Shown piece after piece: positions 16,437-25,738 of a DNA stretch of 31,079 nucleotides. Position numbers and translations under genes: made by a program. The stretch is from a virus (taxonomy: Duplodnaviria > Caudoviricetes): positions 1 to 31,079 of the IMG/VR virus record IMGVR_UViG_3300024058_000006, one strand, 5' to 3'. The stretch's first letter is position 1. Every line of letters starts with the position of its first letter. The notes beneath the pieces are model-generated. The model was not told the origin of the DNA and searched no databases. It saw nothing but the letters and a program-made list of their open reading frames with translations.

Positions 16437-17110
16437 TCAGGATCTGAAGCCAGGATCGCAGCCAAAACCGCCTGGCGCTCCCCGGGCGGCAGCTTCGCAT
16501 ACCGGGACGCCCATCGCGCCGCCTTCCGTTTTATCCGCTGCCTATCGGTGAAATTTTTACCCGCAAACGTGTGGTAATGGATAGCCCCGGGGTCGAAATT
16601 GCACCACACCGTTTCGGTACGCACGCCGCCCCTCGTCATTGCCTGGAAATCCAAGCTGAACCAATTTGCCAGCGATTTGTTATACAGAGGATTTCGATAG
16701 CCCGACAACATGACATTGCAGCTCATCGCCCGGAGTATCCGGAGCAGCTCCCAGTGGTCGTCATCGGATAATTCGTGCTTATAGCGGCATTTCGACGTCC
16801 GGGTCGAATGCATATAAGGCGGGTCTAAATACACGAGGGTTTCCCGATTAAAAGCGCCTTTCAAATATCCGAAGGCGTCGGCTTTATGGATTTCGAATAG
16901 GGCGTCAGGCCATTGCCCGCGAAGCCGGACAATCGCGGGAAGCCCCGCGGTGATATCCTTGTCAATAGCGACGTTATGCTTCGCCGGAATTTTGAGCTGC
17001 ATGATTGCGCCGGTGCCGAAAAATGGCTCGATATATGTCTCGTGCGGCGGCATCAAATTAATAATAGCCTGGTATGTTCCCGAGCCCGCCTTCGCGCCTA
17101 AATATCTCAC
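16433..17110 (-). CDS. Short Dam-like (D12 class, alpha group) N6-adenine DNA methyltransferase
   Basis: Motif X YLGAK, motif I YIEPFFGTGAI, motif IV YLDPPY, MLSGY and ETVWCNF. 225 aa. Confidence 0.9.
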   Translation of the reverse strand: MRYLGAKAGSGTYQAIINLMPPHETYIEPFFGTGAIMQLKIPAKHNVAIDKDITAGLPAIVRLRGQWPDALFEIHKADAFGYLKGAFNRETLVYLDPPYMHSTRTSKCRYKHELSDDDHWELLRILRAMSCNVMLSGYRNPLYNKSLANWFSLDFQAMTRGGVRTETVWCNFDPGAIHYHTFAGKNFTDRQRIKRKAARWASRYAKLPPGERQAVLAAILASDPE

Positions 17111-17119
17111 AGGTACCCC

Positions 17120-17192
17120 ATAGTCGAACGTATCTATTCCGCTGGCATAATAGCTGATTTATCTGGTGTATTGTAGCGCCCGGTGCTACGAT
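17120..17192. promoter_or_regulatory. Methylase upstream region: ATAG-N10-CTAT site plus a divergent promoter with the 19-bp operator
   Basis: ATAG-N10-CTAT at 17120-17137. TGTAGC-N7-GCTACG at 17172-17190 carries -10 hexamers on both strands (TACAAT minus, TACGAT plus). Confidence 0.65.
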
Positions 17193-17200
17193 TCCCAGCC

Positions 17201-17386
17201 GTGATTGATTTCTTCAGCGAGCATTGGATTCTATCTCTGCTAATATTGGCAGCGCTGGGGTCGTTAAGCTCGGCCCTTGTCGGTTGGTATTACCACGCCA
17301 AGCTGCGGAGCGCCATGAAGCGCTGGGAATATGAAGAACGGGAGCGGATCGATGAACAAAAAAAACTACATGAATGGAGGCCGTGA
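17201..17386 (+). CDS. Small membrane protein
   Basis: One TM helix plus a charged tail. The start is uncertain (GTG 17183 lies inside the operator; GTG 17201 is more plausible). Confidence 0.55.
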   Translation: MIDFFSEHWILSLLILAALGSLSSALVGWYYHAKLRSAMKRWEYEERERIDEQKKLHEWRP

Positions 17387-17628
17387 TGGCTGTCATACCA
17401 AAGCTCCGCGTGCAGCGGATGGGAAAGAAGCACCGGATTGTATACGAGCAATCGAGGTGCCTGGCGAAATTCAACAGCGGCGAGCCAGTAGATGGCGGCG
17501 GTTATTTGGATCAATACCAGGACGGGAAAAAGGAAGTGGACGGCCAGCTGGAATGCATGAAGAAGCTGACCGAGGTAACGGCTGGGTATCAAATCGAGGA
17601 CCCGGAAGCCGAGGCAATCGGCAATTAA
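17386..17628 (+). CDS. Hypothetical protein
   Basis: GGAGG RBS, TGATG coupling, 80 aa. Confidence 0.65.
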   Translation: MAVIPKLRVQRMGKKHRIVYEQSRCLAKFNSGEPVDGGGYLDQYQDGKKEVDGQLECMKKLTEVTAGYQIEDPEAEAIGN

Positions 17629-18332
17629 TCGCAGCGCTTGTAATCGTGCTGCTGATGGCTATCGTTATAATTCTCACGCCCGCCGATGCCAGAAAGGGCC
17701 ACGGCGGCGACAAGGGCCACGGCGGCGACCATGATCGCGGCGGCGGTCATAGCGACGGCCACGACGACGGGGACAACGGGCATGACGATAACGGAGATGA
17801 TAAAGGCGGCGATAACGGCAGCCCGCCAGGTCCCGGGCCTAATGGCGGACGTGGCTCTCGCGCTGATTCTGGCGGCGGTAATGGCTGCAATCCTAATTCT
17901 GGTGACAGTAAGCCAGAATGCCCCGTCCGAAAAGCCCGTCCTCCCATCGTCCGATTCAAAAGAATATCTCCTAACATAACGCAATACTACAGCGCCTGGG
18001 GCCGGGTAATCGGCACGTCGATCACCGAGCCCGCTGTTCCGGATGTTGCCGCTGTTGCGCCCAACACTCCGAACACGCCCGATATCGCCGCTGTTCCGGT
18101 AACATCGGCTAACCCGGCCAACACCGCCGATGTTGCCGCGGTTGCCGCTGTTCCCGCTGTTAAGCCAACACCGCCGCCGCCGGTAGTACGCGCGCTGGCT
18201 AAAGAGAGCGAGGCGGTAATCGATTTGCTCGTGGCCCAGGCGATTGCCCGTGGTGCGGAAAGCGCACCCGTCAAAATACCGGAGCCCGCGCTCATTGAAT
18301 GCATACCTCCGCCGAATGACCCGCTTCCATAA
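17553..18332 (+). CDS. Low-complexity, probably exported protein (His/Gly/Asp-rich and Pro/Ala-rich); start uncertain
   Basis: Hydrophobic stretch ending ADA|RKG, then GHGGD repeats and DVAAV repeats. Possible starts are 17553, 17646 and 17655. Confidence 0.5.
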   Translation: MHEEADRGNGWVSNRGPGSRGNRQLIAALVIVLLMAIVIILTPADARKGHGGDKGHGGDHDRGGGHSDGHDDGDNGHDDNGDDKGGDNGSPPGPGPNGGRGSRADSGGGNGCNPNSGDSKPECPVRKARPPIVRFKRISPNITQYYSAWGRVIGTSITEPAVPDVAAVAPNTPNTPDIAAVPVTSANPANTADVAAVAAVPAVKPTPPPPVVRALAKESEAVIDLLVAQAIARGAESAPVKIPEPALIECIPPPNDPLP

Positions 18333-18672
18333 ATACGGAGCCGAGCCGGTAGAAATCGACGGACATCGATTCCCATCGAAGCGGGAGGGCAGGCGTTATG
18401 GCGAGCTTAAAATGCTCGTCCAGGCCGGGGAAATTACCGAGCTAGAGCTGCAACCGAAATACCCGCTGGGCCTGCCCGATAATCCAATACTGCTTAAATC
18501 CCGGGGATATCCGAACGGACGCCAGGCAGCCTATTTCGCCGATTTTAAATATACCGATACCAGGACGGGCTCGGAGGTAATCGAGGACGTTAAAGGGATG
18601 GACACGCCGCTATCCCGCCTGAAGCGAGCAATCGTGGAGGCGCAGTATTCGGTAGAAATCGTGCTGATATGA
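18316..18672 (+). CDS. DUF1064-family PD-(D/E)xK endonuclease
   Basis: KYGA...IDGHRFPSKRE..RY.EL...LQPKY...YFADFKY...EDVKG pattern. Confidence 0.88.
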   Translation: MTRFHKYGAEPVEIDGHRFPSKREGRRYGELKMLVQAGEITELELQPKYPLGLPDNPILLKSRGYPNGRQAAYFADFKYTDTRTGSEVIEDVKGMDTPLSRLKRAIVEAQYSVEIVLI

Positions 18673-18790
18673 CACCAATCGGTGCCGGAATGGACAATTA
18701 TTGGACGGAATGCGTGACGTTTGCAGCTAATTCTGTTCGAATATAGCCCGACAACCCTACAATAAAACCCGCGTGATGCGAGGAGCCGTG

Positions 18791-20008
18791 ATGGCTAGTC
18801 CCGAAGAAGAAGCCCCGGTCGCGGTAGAATACCGGGCTATTAAATCCCTGATACCCTACGCCAGGAACAGCCGCACCCATACCGACCAGCAAATCCAGCA
18901 AATAGCCGGCAGCATAAAAGAATTTGGATTTACAAACCCGGTCCTGATCCGCGAGGACGCCGATGGGCAGCTGATGATTGTCGCCGGCCACGCCCGATGC
19001 CTGGCGGCTACCGTCGTGGGGCTTACGGAGGTGCCGACGCTGGACCTAAATTACATGACCGAAACGGAAGCCCGCGCTTATGTAATCGCCGATAATCGCC
19101 TGGCCGAGCTGGCGGGCTGGGACCTAGAAATGCTCGCTATTGAATTTGACGCCCTGGAGCAGGCGTCGTTCGATTTGGATCTGACCGGATTTTCGGACCG
19201 GGACCGGAATAAAGTTATAAATGAGCTCGAGCGTATCAGCGAGCGCAATCGCCGGGACGACGAGGACGACCCGACTAAAATGCCCGTCGAATCTCATATA
19301 GTACCCGGGCAAGTAATCGAGCTGGGCCCACACAAAGTAATCTGCGGGGATGCCACCGACAAGGCGGTGCACTATGAGCTGCTCGGCAAGGAGGTGCCGC
19401 AGCTGATGGTTACCGACCCACCATACGGGGTGAACCTGGACGCGAATTGGCGTAATCGAATGCGGCCACACCCGGAGCGCGATATCATCGCCGGCGACGA
19501 CCGCTCCGATTGGAAGGAGGTGTGGGACATTTTTAAAGGCAGCGTGGCCTATATTTGGCACGCCAGCTTGCAAAGCCATGTGGTGGCCGACAGCTTGATC
19601 CGGTCCGGTTTCGAAATCCGCAGCCAAATCATCTGGTCAAAAAATCGCTTCGCAATGAGCCGGGGGAATTATCACTGGCAGCACGAGCCCTGCTTTTATG
19701 CTGTACGCAAGGGCGGGTCGCCCGAATGGATGGGCTCCAGGAAGGAGTCGACTATTTGGAATATCGACATATTGCAGGTCCTGGAACACGCGCACCCGAA
19801 TCAAAAGCCGGTCGAATGTATGCGACGGCCTATTCTAAATAATTCGTCCCCGGGGCAGCTGGTATTCGATCCCTTCGCCGGCACCGGCACGAGCCTTATC
19901 GCCGCCGAGCTGACCGGGCGCATTTCCCGCTGTATTGAATTGGACCCCAATTACTGCCAGCTGATAATCGACCGATATAATCAGCTATTCGCGGACAAGG
20001 AGCTGTGA
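18791..20008 (+). CDS. ParB-N domain / N6-N4 DNA methyltransferase (beta class) fusion
   Basis: PYARNSRTH...SIKEFGFTNP...AGHAR...IADNRL (ParB-N); TDPPYGV, HPNQKP and DPFAGTGT (MTase). Usual position before terS. Confidence 0.92.
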   Translation: MASPEEEAPVAVEYRAIKSLIPYARNSRTHTDQQIQQIAGSIKEFGFTNPVLIREDADGQLMIVAGHARCLAATVVGLTEVPTLDLNYMTETEARAYVIADNRLAELAGWDLEMLAIEFDALEQASFDLDLTGFSDRDRNKVINELERISERNRRDDEDDPTKMPVESHIVPGQVIELGPHKVICGDATDKAVHYELLGKEVPQLMVTDPPYGVNLDANWRNRMRPHPERDIIAGDDRSDWKEVWDIFKGSVAYIWHASLQSHVVADSLIRSGFEIRSQIIWSKNRFAMSRGNYHWQHEPCFYAVRKGGSPEWMGSRKESTIWNIDILQVLEHAHPNQKPVECMRRPILNNSSPGQLVFDPFAGTGTSLIAAELTGRISRCIELDPNYCQLIIDRYNQLFADKEL

Positions 20009-20009
20009 T

Positions 20010-20528
20010 ATGGCGCGGAAAAAATCGATTACAAAAAGGCGCAGGGTGCTGTTCCTGGACAAGCTGCGCGGCACCGGCAGCGTTGTAAAATCCGCCATCG
20101 AGGGCCAGATAGGTCGCACGTCCTGGTATGAGCTGCGGAAGCGGGACGGGGATTTCGCAAGCCTGTGGGACGATGCCGAGGCCGAATTTATGGATAATGT
20201 GGAGGCCGAGGCGATCAAGCGCGGTGTATTTGGCGTCACGAAAGAGACGCCATATCTGCACGTGGTATCCGGGCTCGATGGCGTGCCCGATGTAAAGGAG
20301 ACGCGATTCCACGAGCAGAATGTAAGAAGCGACCGCCTGCTGGAATTATGCCTCACCCGCCGCCATCCGCTATACAAAACGAAAACCGCCCTGGAGGTAA
20401 CCAGCCCCGACGGCTCCATGAGCCCGCCGGCAGCTGACATAAATACCGATAACCTGTCCGACAATGAATTGCGGCAGCTGGTATTACTACAACGGAAGCT
20501 ACGTGGGCGCGACGGCGACAGCGGATGA
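20010..20528 (+). CDS. terS: Terminase small subunit
   Basis: N-terminal HTH, FASLWDDA, EAEAIKRGVFG and SDRLL motifs; directly upstream of terL. Confidence 0.8.
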   Translation: MARKKSITKRRRVLFLDKLRGTGSVVKSAIEGQIGRTSWYELRKRDGDFASLWDDAEAEFMDNVEAEAIKRGVFGVTKETPYLHVVSGLDGVPDVKETRFHEQNVRSDRLLELCLTRRHPLYKTKTALEVTSPDGSMSPPAADINTDNLSDNELRQLVLLQRKLRGRDGDSG

Positions 20529-22032
20529 ATACGAGGACCTGCCTTATCTAGACGCCCGGCTGGCCGAGCGTATGGAAAGCAGCCTGTATTTATTTACCCA
20601 GGAGGCGTGGGAATACCTCGACCCGGTGCCCTTCATCGATGGCCGGCATATTCAGATAATGGACGAATACCTGGAGGCATTTATAGCCGGCGAAATCCCT
20701 CGGCTATTGCTCAACATTCCACCGGGGCACATGAAATCCCTGTCGGTATCGGTGCTGCTTAATGCATGGTGCTGGACCAAAGCCGAGCGCGTGGGTAAGC
20801 GCTTCATGGCTACCTCATACCGCGCTGATTTGGCGCTGCGCGACGCTGATAAAACCCGGGTATTGCTCCGCTCGGAATGGTACCAGCGCCGGTGGGGAAA
20901 CATAGTCGGTGCCCTGCGCGAAACGAAGCTGCAAATGCGGTCCGACCAGGATCAAAAAACCCGCTTCGCAAACGATAAGGGCGGCTATCGATTTAGCTCG
21001 TCGGTGTCCGGGATCATGGGCGAGGGCGGTGATTTCGTAATCCTGGACGATCCGCATAACGTGGAGCAGGCCGAATCGGACGATAATCGGGACGCGATAG
21101 TCGACAGAATACGAATGGCGCTGCCTACCCGGGTGCGCTCAACGGATGGCGGGGCCTGCGTAATGATGCAGCGCCTGCACGAGCGCGATTACGCCGGCGC
21201 GATGATAGCGGACGAGGCCGAGCTCGTGCATCTATGCCTGCCCGCCCGGTACGAAAAAAAGCACCCTTATGTGTCGGTGCCGATCCAGCTGGCAAAATCC
21301 GGCCGGACGCTGCCCGGGGATTTCCGCGAAACGGAGGGCGAGCTGCTCTGGCCCCAGCTATTCAATGAGCCCCGGCTAACAGCGCTGGAGATAGAAATCG
21401 GCTCGTATGCCCGGGCCGGCCAGCTGCAGCAGCGACCGCACCCACGCGAAGGCGGGCTATTTAAGCGCGAATGGTTCCAAGATAAATTTGTCGATAAGGC
21501 CCCGAAGGGCGGGGTGAAAGTACGCGGCTGGGATTTGGCAGCCACCGCGGATACCGCTGCGAATGCATCGAGGGCTGCCTATACGGTGGGGTTGTTAATT
21601 ACCTATTTTGAGCGCAGGATATACGTCGAGGACGTGATGCGTCTTCGCGGATCGCCCGGCAAGGTACGGACAACAATGAGAAACATAGGCGATCAGGACG
21701 GGAGATCGGTCGTGATCGATTTCCCACAGGACCCGGGACAAGCCGGAAAGGCGCAGGCCGAGGATATCGCTGCGGATTTTCCGAGACACCGGATTTTCTA
21801 CTCGCCTGAATCGGGCGATAAGTCGATCCGGGCCGAGGCCCCAGCTGCTCAAGCCGAGGCCGGCAATGTCTACGTTGTACGAGGGGCCTGGAATGGACCG
21901 TTTCTGGACGAGCTTTGCGCTTTCCCGGGCGGGTCGTTTTCTGATCAGGTAGACGCCTTCTCTCGTGCATACCACCGGGCTGTACGGCAACCACGAAAGC
22001 CAACGTCAGGCGCAATATCAGGAGCCCACTAA
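20503..22032 (+). CDS. terL: Terminase large subunit
   Basis: Walker A NIPPGHMKS, Walker B ILDDPH, MQRLH, QLQQRP, and nuclease motifs WDLA and DQVDA. The start is probably GTG 20503. Confidence 0.95.
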   Translation: MGATATADEYEDLPYLDARLAERMESSLYLFTQEAWEYLDPVPFIDGRHIQIMDEYLEAFIAGEIPRLLLNIPPGHMKSLSVSVLLNAWCWTKAERVGKRFMATSYRADLALRDADKTRVLLRSEWYQRRWGNIVGALRETKLQMRSDQDQKTRFANDKGGYRFSSSVSGIMGEGGDFVILDDPHNVEQAESDDNRDAIVDRIRMALPTRVRSTDGGACVMMQRLHERDYAGAMIADEAELVHLCLPARYEKKHPYVSVPIQLAKSGRTLPGDFRETEGELLWPQLFNEPRLTALEIEIGSYARAGQLQQRPHPREGGLFKREWFQDKFVDKAPKGGVKVRGWDLAATADTAANASRAAYTVGLLITYFERRIYVEDVMRLRGSPGKVRTTMRNIGDQDGRSVVIDFPQDPGQAGKAQAEDIAADFPRHRIFYSPESGDKSIRAEAPAAQAEAGNVYVVRGAWNGPFLDELCAFPGGSFSDQVDAFSRAYHRAVRQPRKPTSGAISGAH

Positions 22033-23678
22033 TGCCCGATTTATTAGTCCAAGCCACAGCACCGCTTCAACCTGGAATCACTACAGTCCCCTCCAAGCAG
22101 GGCGCAGGCGGCTCCGCTATCGCAACGCCGCACCCGGATTACACGGCCAGGCGACCCGATTGGGTAACTATGTTCGATACCAACGAGGGCCAGCGGCACA
22201 TCAAATCGAGAAATACTGTATACCTTCCAGCGACCAGCGGGATGCGGGCGCTGTCATCTAGCCGCACGAAGCTGGACGAGGAGGGCCTGGATTTATACAC
22301 CGCATATTTGACCCGGGCATTTTTCCCCGATCTAGTCAAGGAAACGGTCAGGGCTTTGGCCGGAATCCTGGACCGGGAGGCGGCGAATATCGAGCTGCCC
22401 GATGCCCTGGAAGATATGCGCGAAATTGCGACGCCAAAGGGCGAATCATTGAACGACCTATTAATTCAAATGCACATGGCACAGCTGCTATATGGCCGGA
22501 TGGGATTATTGGCCGACGTGGACGCCGAGCGGGATTTGCCGCTGCTAATAGCATACCCGGCACCGCAGCTGCTAAATTGGGACGATCACACCAGCACCCG
22601 GGATATCAAGCAGCAGGACGATGGCAAGCGCAGCGATGCATTGCGGAAGCTGCTGCTGACCGTAATCGACGAGAGCCGATTCGAGCGCGACACCGGGGAT
22701 CGTTTCACGTGGAACCTTGTGCCCCGATTCCGGGCATTGAGCCTGGGCTCCGGGGACGCGCCGATCTACACCACGCAGGTAGAAAGGGACGGCACAATGC
22801 AGGAGGCGATCACGCCGTCTATCCGCGGCACCACGCTCGATTTTATCCCGTTTGTTTTTTGCAACACAACGGATACCGCGGTGAAGCCAGGCGAGGTACC
22901 ACTGGTCAATCTGGCGAATCTATCCCTGGCGATATACCGCGGCGAGGCCGATCACCGCTCGGCGCTATTTATGAGCGGGCAGGACACCCTGGTTATCATC
23001 GGGTACGACATCGGGGCCTCCGACGGAGAGAATCCTGGAGCGGATACTAAGCCGATAATCGGCTCCGGAGCATATTTGAACCTCCCCGATCCGGACGCGG
23101 ACGCGAAATTCATAGGCCCCGAAAGCCAGGCGCTCGCCGAGCAGCGTACTAGCCTTGAGAATGACTACACCCGCGCGGGCGAGGAGGGCATCAAGCTGCT
23201 GTCATCCGGCTCGTCGGCGGAATCCACCGAAACCCTGCGTATCCGGGTCGCAGCCCGGACGGCTACCCTTCAAACTATCGCCATGACGGCTGCTACCGCG
23301 CTCGAAACGAGCCTCCGGCATTGCGCCCTGTGGGTCGGTGCCAATCCGGACGACGTGAAGGTAGAGCCCAATTTGGATTTTATCGACGAGAGTACGGACC
23401 CCACCGATCTAATCAAATTCGCCCAGGCCAAAAAGGCCGGCATACCGCTGTCGGCTAAATCGATTCACAATTGGATGCGTCAAAAAGATTTCACCGAAAT
23501 GACCTTTGACGAGGAGCTGGCGGTATTGGCCGAAGAGGAGGATAACGAAATACTCAACCCGCCACCGCTGATGCTGGGCGTCGACGAGGACGGGAATCCC
23601 CTGCCGCAAGCCGGGCCCGGTAATTTACCTGGGCAGCAGCAGCCCGATGACGAGGGCGGGGACGAGGACGAGGATTAA
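22032..23678 (+). CDS. Portal protein (DUF4055 type)
   Basis: HPDY...W...YLP, YLTRAFF and IPFVF...P.LVNLANL motifs, acidic tail, follows terL. Confidence 0.9.
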   Translation: MPDLLVQATAPLQPGITTVPSKQGAGGSAIATPHPDYTARRPDWVTMFDTNEGQRHIKSRNTVYLPATSGMRALSSSRTKLDEEGLDLYTAYLTRAFFPDLVKETVRALAGILDREAANIELPDALEDMREIATPKGESLNDLLIQMHMAQLLYGRMGLLADVDAERDLPLLIAYPAPQLLNWDDHTSTRDIKQQDDGKRSDALRKLLLTVIDESRFERDTGDRFTWNLVPRFRALSLGSGDAPIYTTQVERDGTMQEAITPSIRGTTLDFIPFVFCNTTDTAVKPGEVPLVNLANLSLAIYRGEADHRSALFMSGQDTLVIIGYDIGASDGENPGADTKPIIGSGAYLNLPDPDADAKFIGPESQALAEQRTSLENDYTRAGEEGIKLLSSGSSAESTETLRIRVAARTATLQTIAMTAATALETSLRHCALWVGANPDDVKVEPNLDFIDESTDPTDLIKFAQAKKAGIPLSAKSIHNWMRQKDFTEMTFDEELAVLAEEEDNEILNPPPLMLGVDEDGNPLPQAGPGNLPGQQQPDDEGGDEDED

Positions 23679-23681
23679 TCC

Positions 23682-24815
23682 GTGGCCGTCAACGACGAGA
23701 TACGGGACCAGCTGCTCGCGCACCAAGTGGAGCTAATCCGTTTCGGCAAGGGGCTGGCGACGCGCATCAATCGCCTGATAAACAAGGGCGAGCCGGAGCT
23801 GCAAAGGGCCCTGCGGGCACGCCTCGATAGGATCGCCCACCTCGGCTGGGACCCGGGCCCGGCTACTACCCGCCGAATGCAGCGAACGCTCAAGCTAATA
23901 ACCGAGATTAATAAGCCTACCTTCGCGCAAATAAACGCCCTGGTAACGAAGGAGCTGCGGGGTCTGGCTATCGGTGAAACGACATTTATGTCGGGCGTGC
24001 TTACCGATAGCCTCCCGGTGGTATTCGAGCCGGTCCTACCGACCGCTGCTACCCTGGCGGGCATCGTCCGGGCGAGGCCATTTACAAACGAGGTGCTGCG
24101 GCAATGGCTCGGGACCTACAGCCGCGGTGATCGCAGGCGAATGATGGACGAAATTAGGCAAGGGCTGCTGTTTGATGAATCCCCGACACAGATAAGCCGC
24201 CGGATATTCGGCACCAGGGCGCTCGGCGGTACCGATGGCGTCCGGGAGATTACCAGGCGCGGTGCCCAAACCCTCGCGCAAACGGCCACCTCGGCTGTAA
24301 GCAATGCATCGCGGCAGGCTTTGTATCTAGCCAATAAGCGCATAATTCCCCGGGAGCAATATGTCGCGACCCTGGATTCGCGCACCACGCCAATTTGTCA
24401 AAGCCTGGACGGCGAGGTATTTCCGGTCGGCGAGGGACCCATACCGCCCGTCCACATCAATTGCCGATCAATCCGGGTGCCGGTAGTCAATGGGCGCAAG
24501 CTGGGGACCCGTCCTGCGGTGGCCGCTACCGAGCGCAACCTCCGTGGGCTTAAAGGCCAGGCCAGATCCCGGGCAATCGATAAGCTCGTGGGCCGGGTGC
24601 CCGTCTCTACCACATACCAGAAGTGGCTGGGCCGACAAAACGTGGCTTTTCAAAACGAAGTGCTGGGTCCTACCCGGGGCGTTTTATTTCGGAAGGGCGA
24701 AATCGACCTGCCAGGATTCGTCGACCAATCGGGCAGCCGATGGACGCTGCGCGAGCTATACGATCAGGACCCGGCGCGATTCCAGCGGGCAGGCGTCCCG
24801 GCCCCGGCTCTATAA
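23682..24815 (+). CDS. Minor head morphogenesis protein (Mu gpF / SPP1 gp7 family)
   Basis: ATLDSRTTPICQSLDG...PPVHINCRS and TYQKWLGRQ...VLGPTRG motifs. Confidence 0.92.
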   Translation: MAVNDEIRDQLLAHQVELIRFGKGLATRINRLINKGEPELQRALRARLDRIAHLGWDPGPATTRRMQRTLKLITEINKPTFAQINALVTKELRGLAIGETTFMSGVLTDSLPVVFEPVLPTAATLAGIVRARPFTNEVLRQWLGTYSRGDRRRMMDEIRQGLLFDESPTQISRRIFGTRALGGTDGVREITRRGAQTLAQTATSAVSNASRQALYLANKRIIPREQYVATLDSRTTPICQSLDGEVFPVGEGPIPPVHINCRSIRVPVVNGRKLGTRPAVAATERNLRGLKGQARSRAIDKLVGRVPVSTTYQKWLGRQNVAFQNEVLGPTRGVLFRKGEIDLPGFVDQSGSRWTLRELYDQDPARFQRAGVPAPAL

Positions 24816-24895
24816 TTTTCTTTTGTGTTTCCGCGCGCCCGGGGTTATCATCCCGCCTGTCCGCGCATAGCATCTGTGAGAGGAGCTATTAATCT

Positions 24896-25738
24896 ATGTC
24901 GATAAAAGCCGTTTTATCCGAAAAGGGTGATATACCCAAAGGGCTCGAAGCCTTCTATAACGAGGCTGACGGCAAATTCGTGCTGCAAGTCGAGGGAATG
25001 AAAACGCAGGAGGATTTCGACAATTATGCCGAAGCCCTGAAGAAACGCTTTACCGATGCAGGCTCGGATTTTGCCCGAAGGAACGGGTCGGCCCTTAGTC
25101 GTGATGACGTGCTAGAAGTAGTGGAAGGGGCCCTTAAAAAATTCGGTGATTCGGCGTCGGGGCCCGGCGGCGAGAAACCGAACGGCAAGGGCGGCAACGG
25201 CCAGGACGGAGACGTAACCGCACGCCTCCACGACCTGGAGCGGGACGTCGCTTCCCTTACCGAGGCCAATACAAAGCTGCAAGGCGAGCGTGATGCCGCC
25301 CTCAAGGATAGCCGCGGGACAACAATTAGAAACGCATTATCAACCGCAGCGCAAAAGGCGAAGGCATCGCCGGAAGGTATCAATAACCTTGTGACCCTAA
25401 TCGAGCCGAATTTCGAAGTGGCTCAGGACGGGACGGTCGTCACCAAGCTGGACGCTAAAGGCGGGGTGAGCCCGAATCAAAAGCCTGACGATTTTTTCTC
25501 ACAAGCAGCGCGCGACGCGCAGTACAGAATGTTCTGGCCTCCCTCGAAAGGGGCTGGAGCCGACCATGATCTAGGAGGCCCGGGCGGCGGAGGTGATCTC
25601 ACCGCCGAGAATCCCTGGAGCAAAGCCGGCTGGAATTTGACCAATCAGGGCAAATTGTATACTAGCGACAAGGCCAACGCCGAGCGCTTGATGCAGGCTG
25701 CCGGAGTAAAATTAGGCGCAGTGACCGCGGTGCGGTAG
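24896..25738 (+). CDS. Capsid scaffolding protein
   Basis: AFYNEADGKFVLQVEG N-terminus, coiled coil, NPW...WNLTNQG C-terminus, directly before the capsid gene. Confidence 0.82.
   Translation: MSIKAVLSEKGDIPKGLEAFYNEADGKFVLQVEGMKTQEDFDNYAEALKKRFTDAGSDFARRNGSALSRDDVLEVVEGALKKFGDSASGPGGEKPNGKGGNGQDGDVTARLHDLERDVASLTEANTKLQGERDAALKDSRGTTIRNALSTAAQKAKASPEGINNLVTLIEPNFEVAQDGTVVTKLDAKGGVSPNQKPDDFFSQAARDAQYRMFWPPSKGAGADHDLGGPGGGGDLTAENPWSKAGWNLTNQGKLYTSDKANAERLMQAAGVKLGAVTAVR

Noticed and set aside
18742-18763. Sixth copy of the 19-bp operator
   Set aside because: TATAGC...CCTACA has an 8-bp spacer and two mismatches; only the TACAAT -10 is credible.
18791-20008. ParB-methylase as a novel system or plasmid partition locus
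   Set aside because: This fusion is common just upstream of phage terminase genes, and no parA is present.
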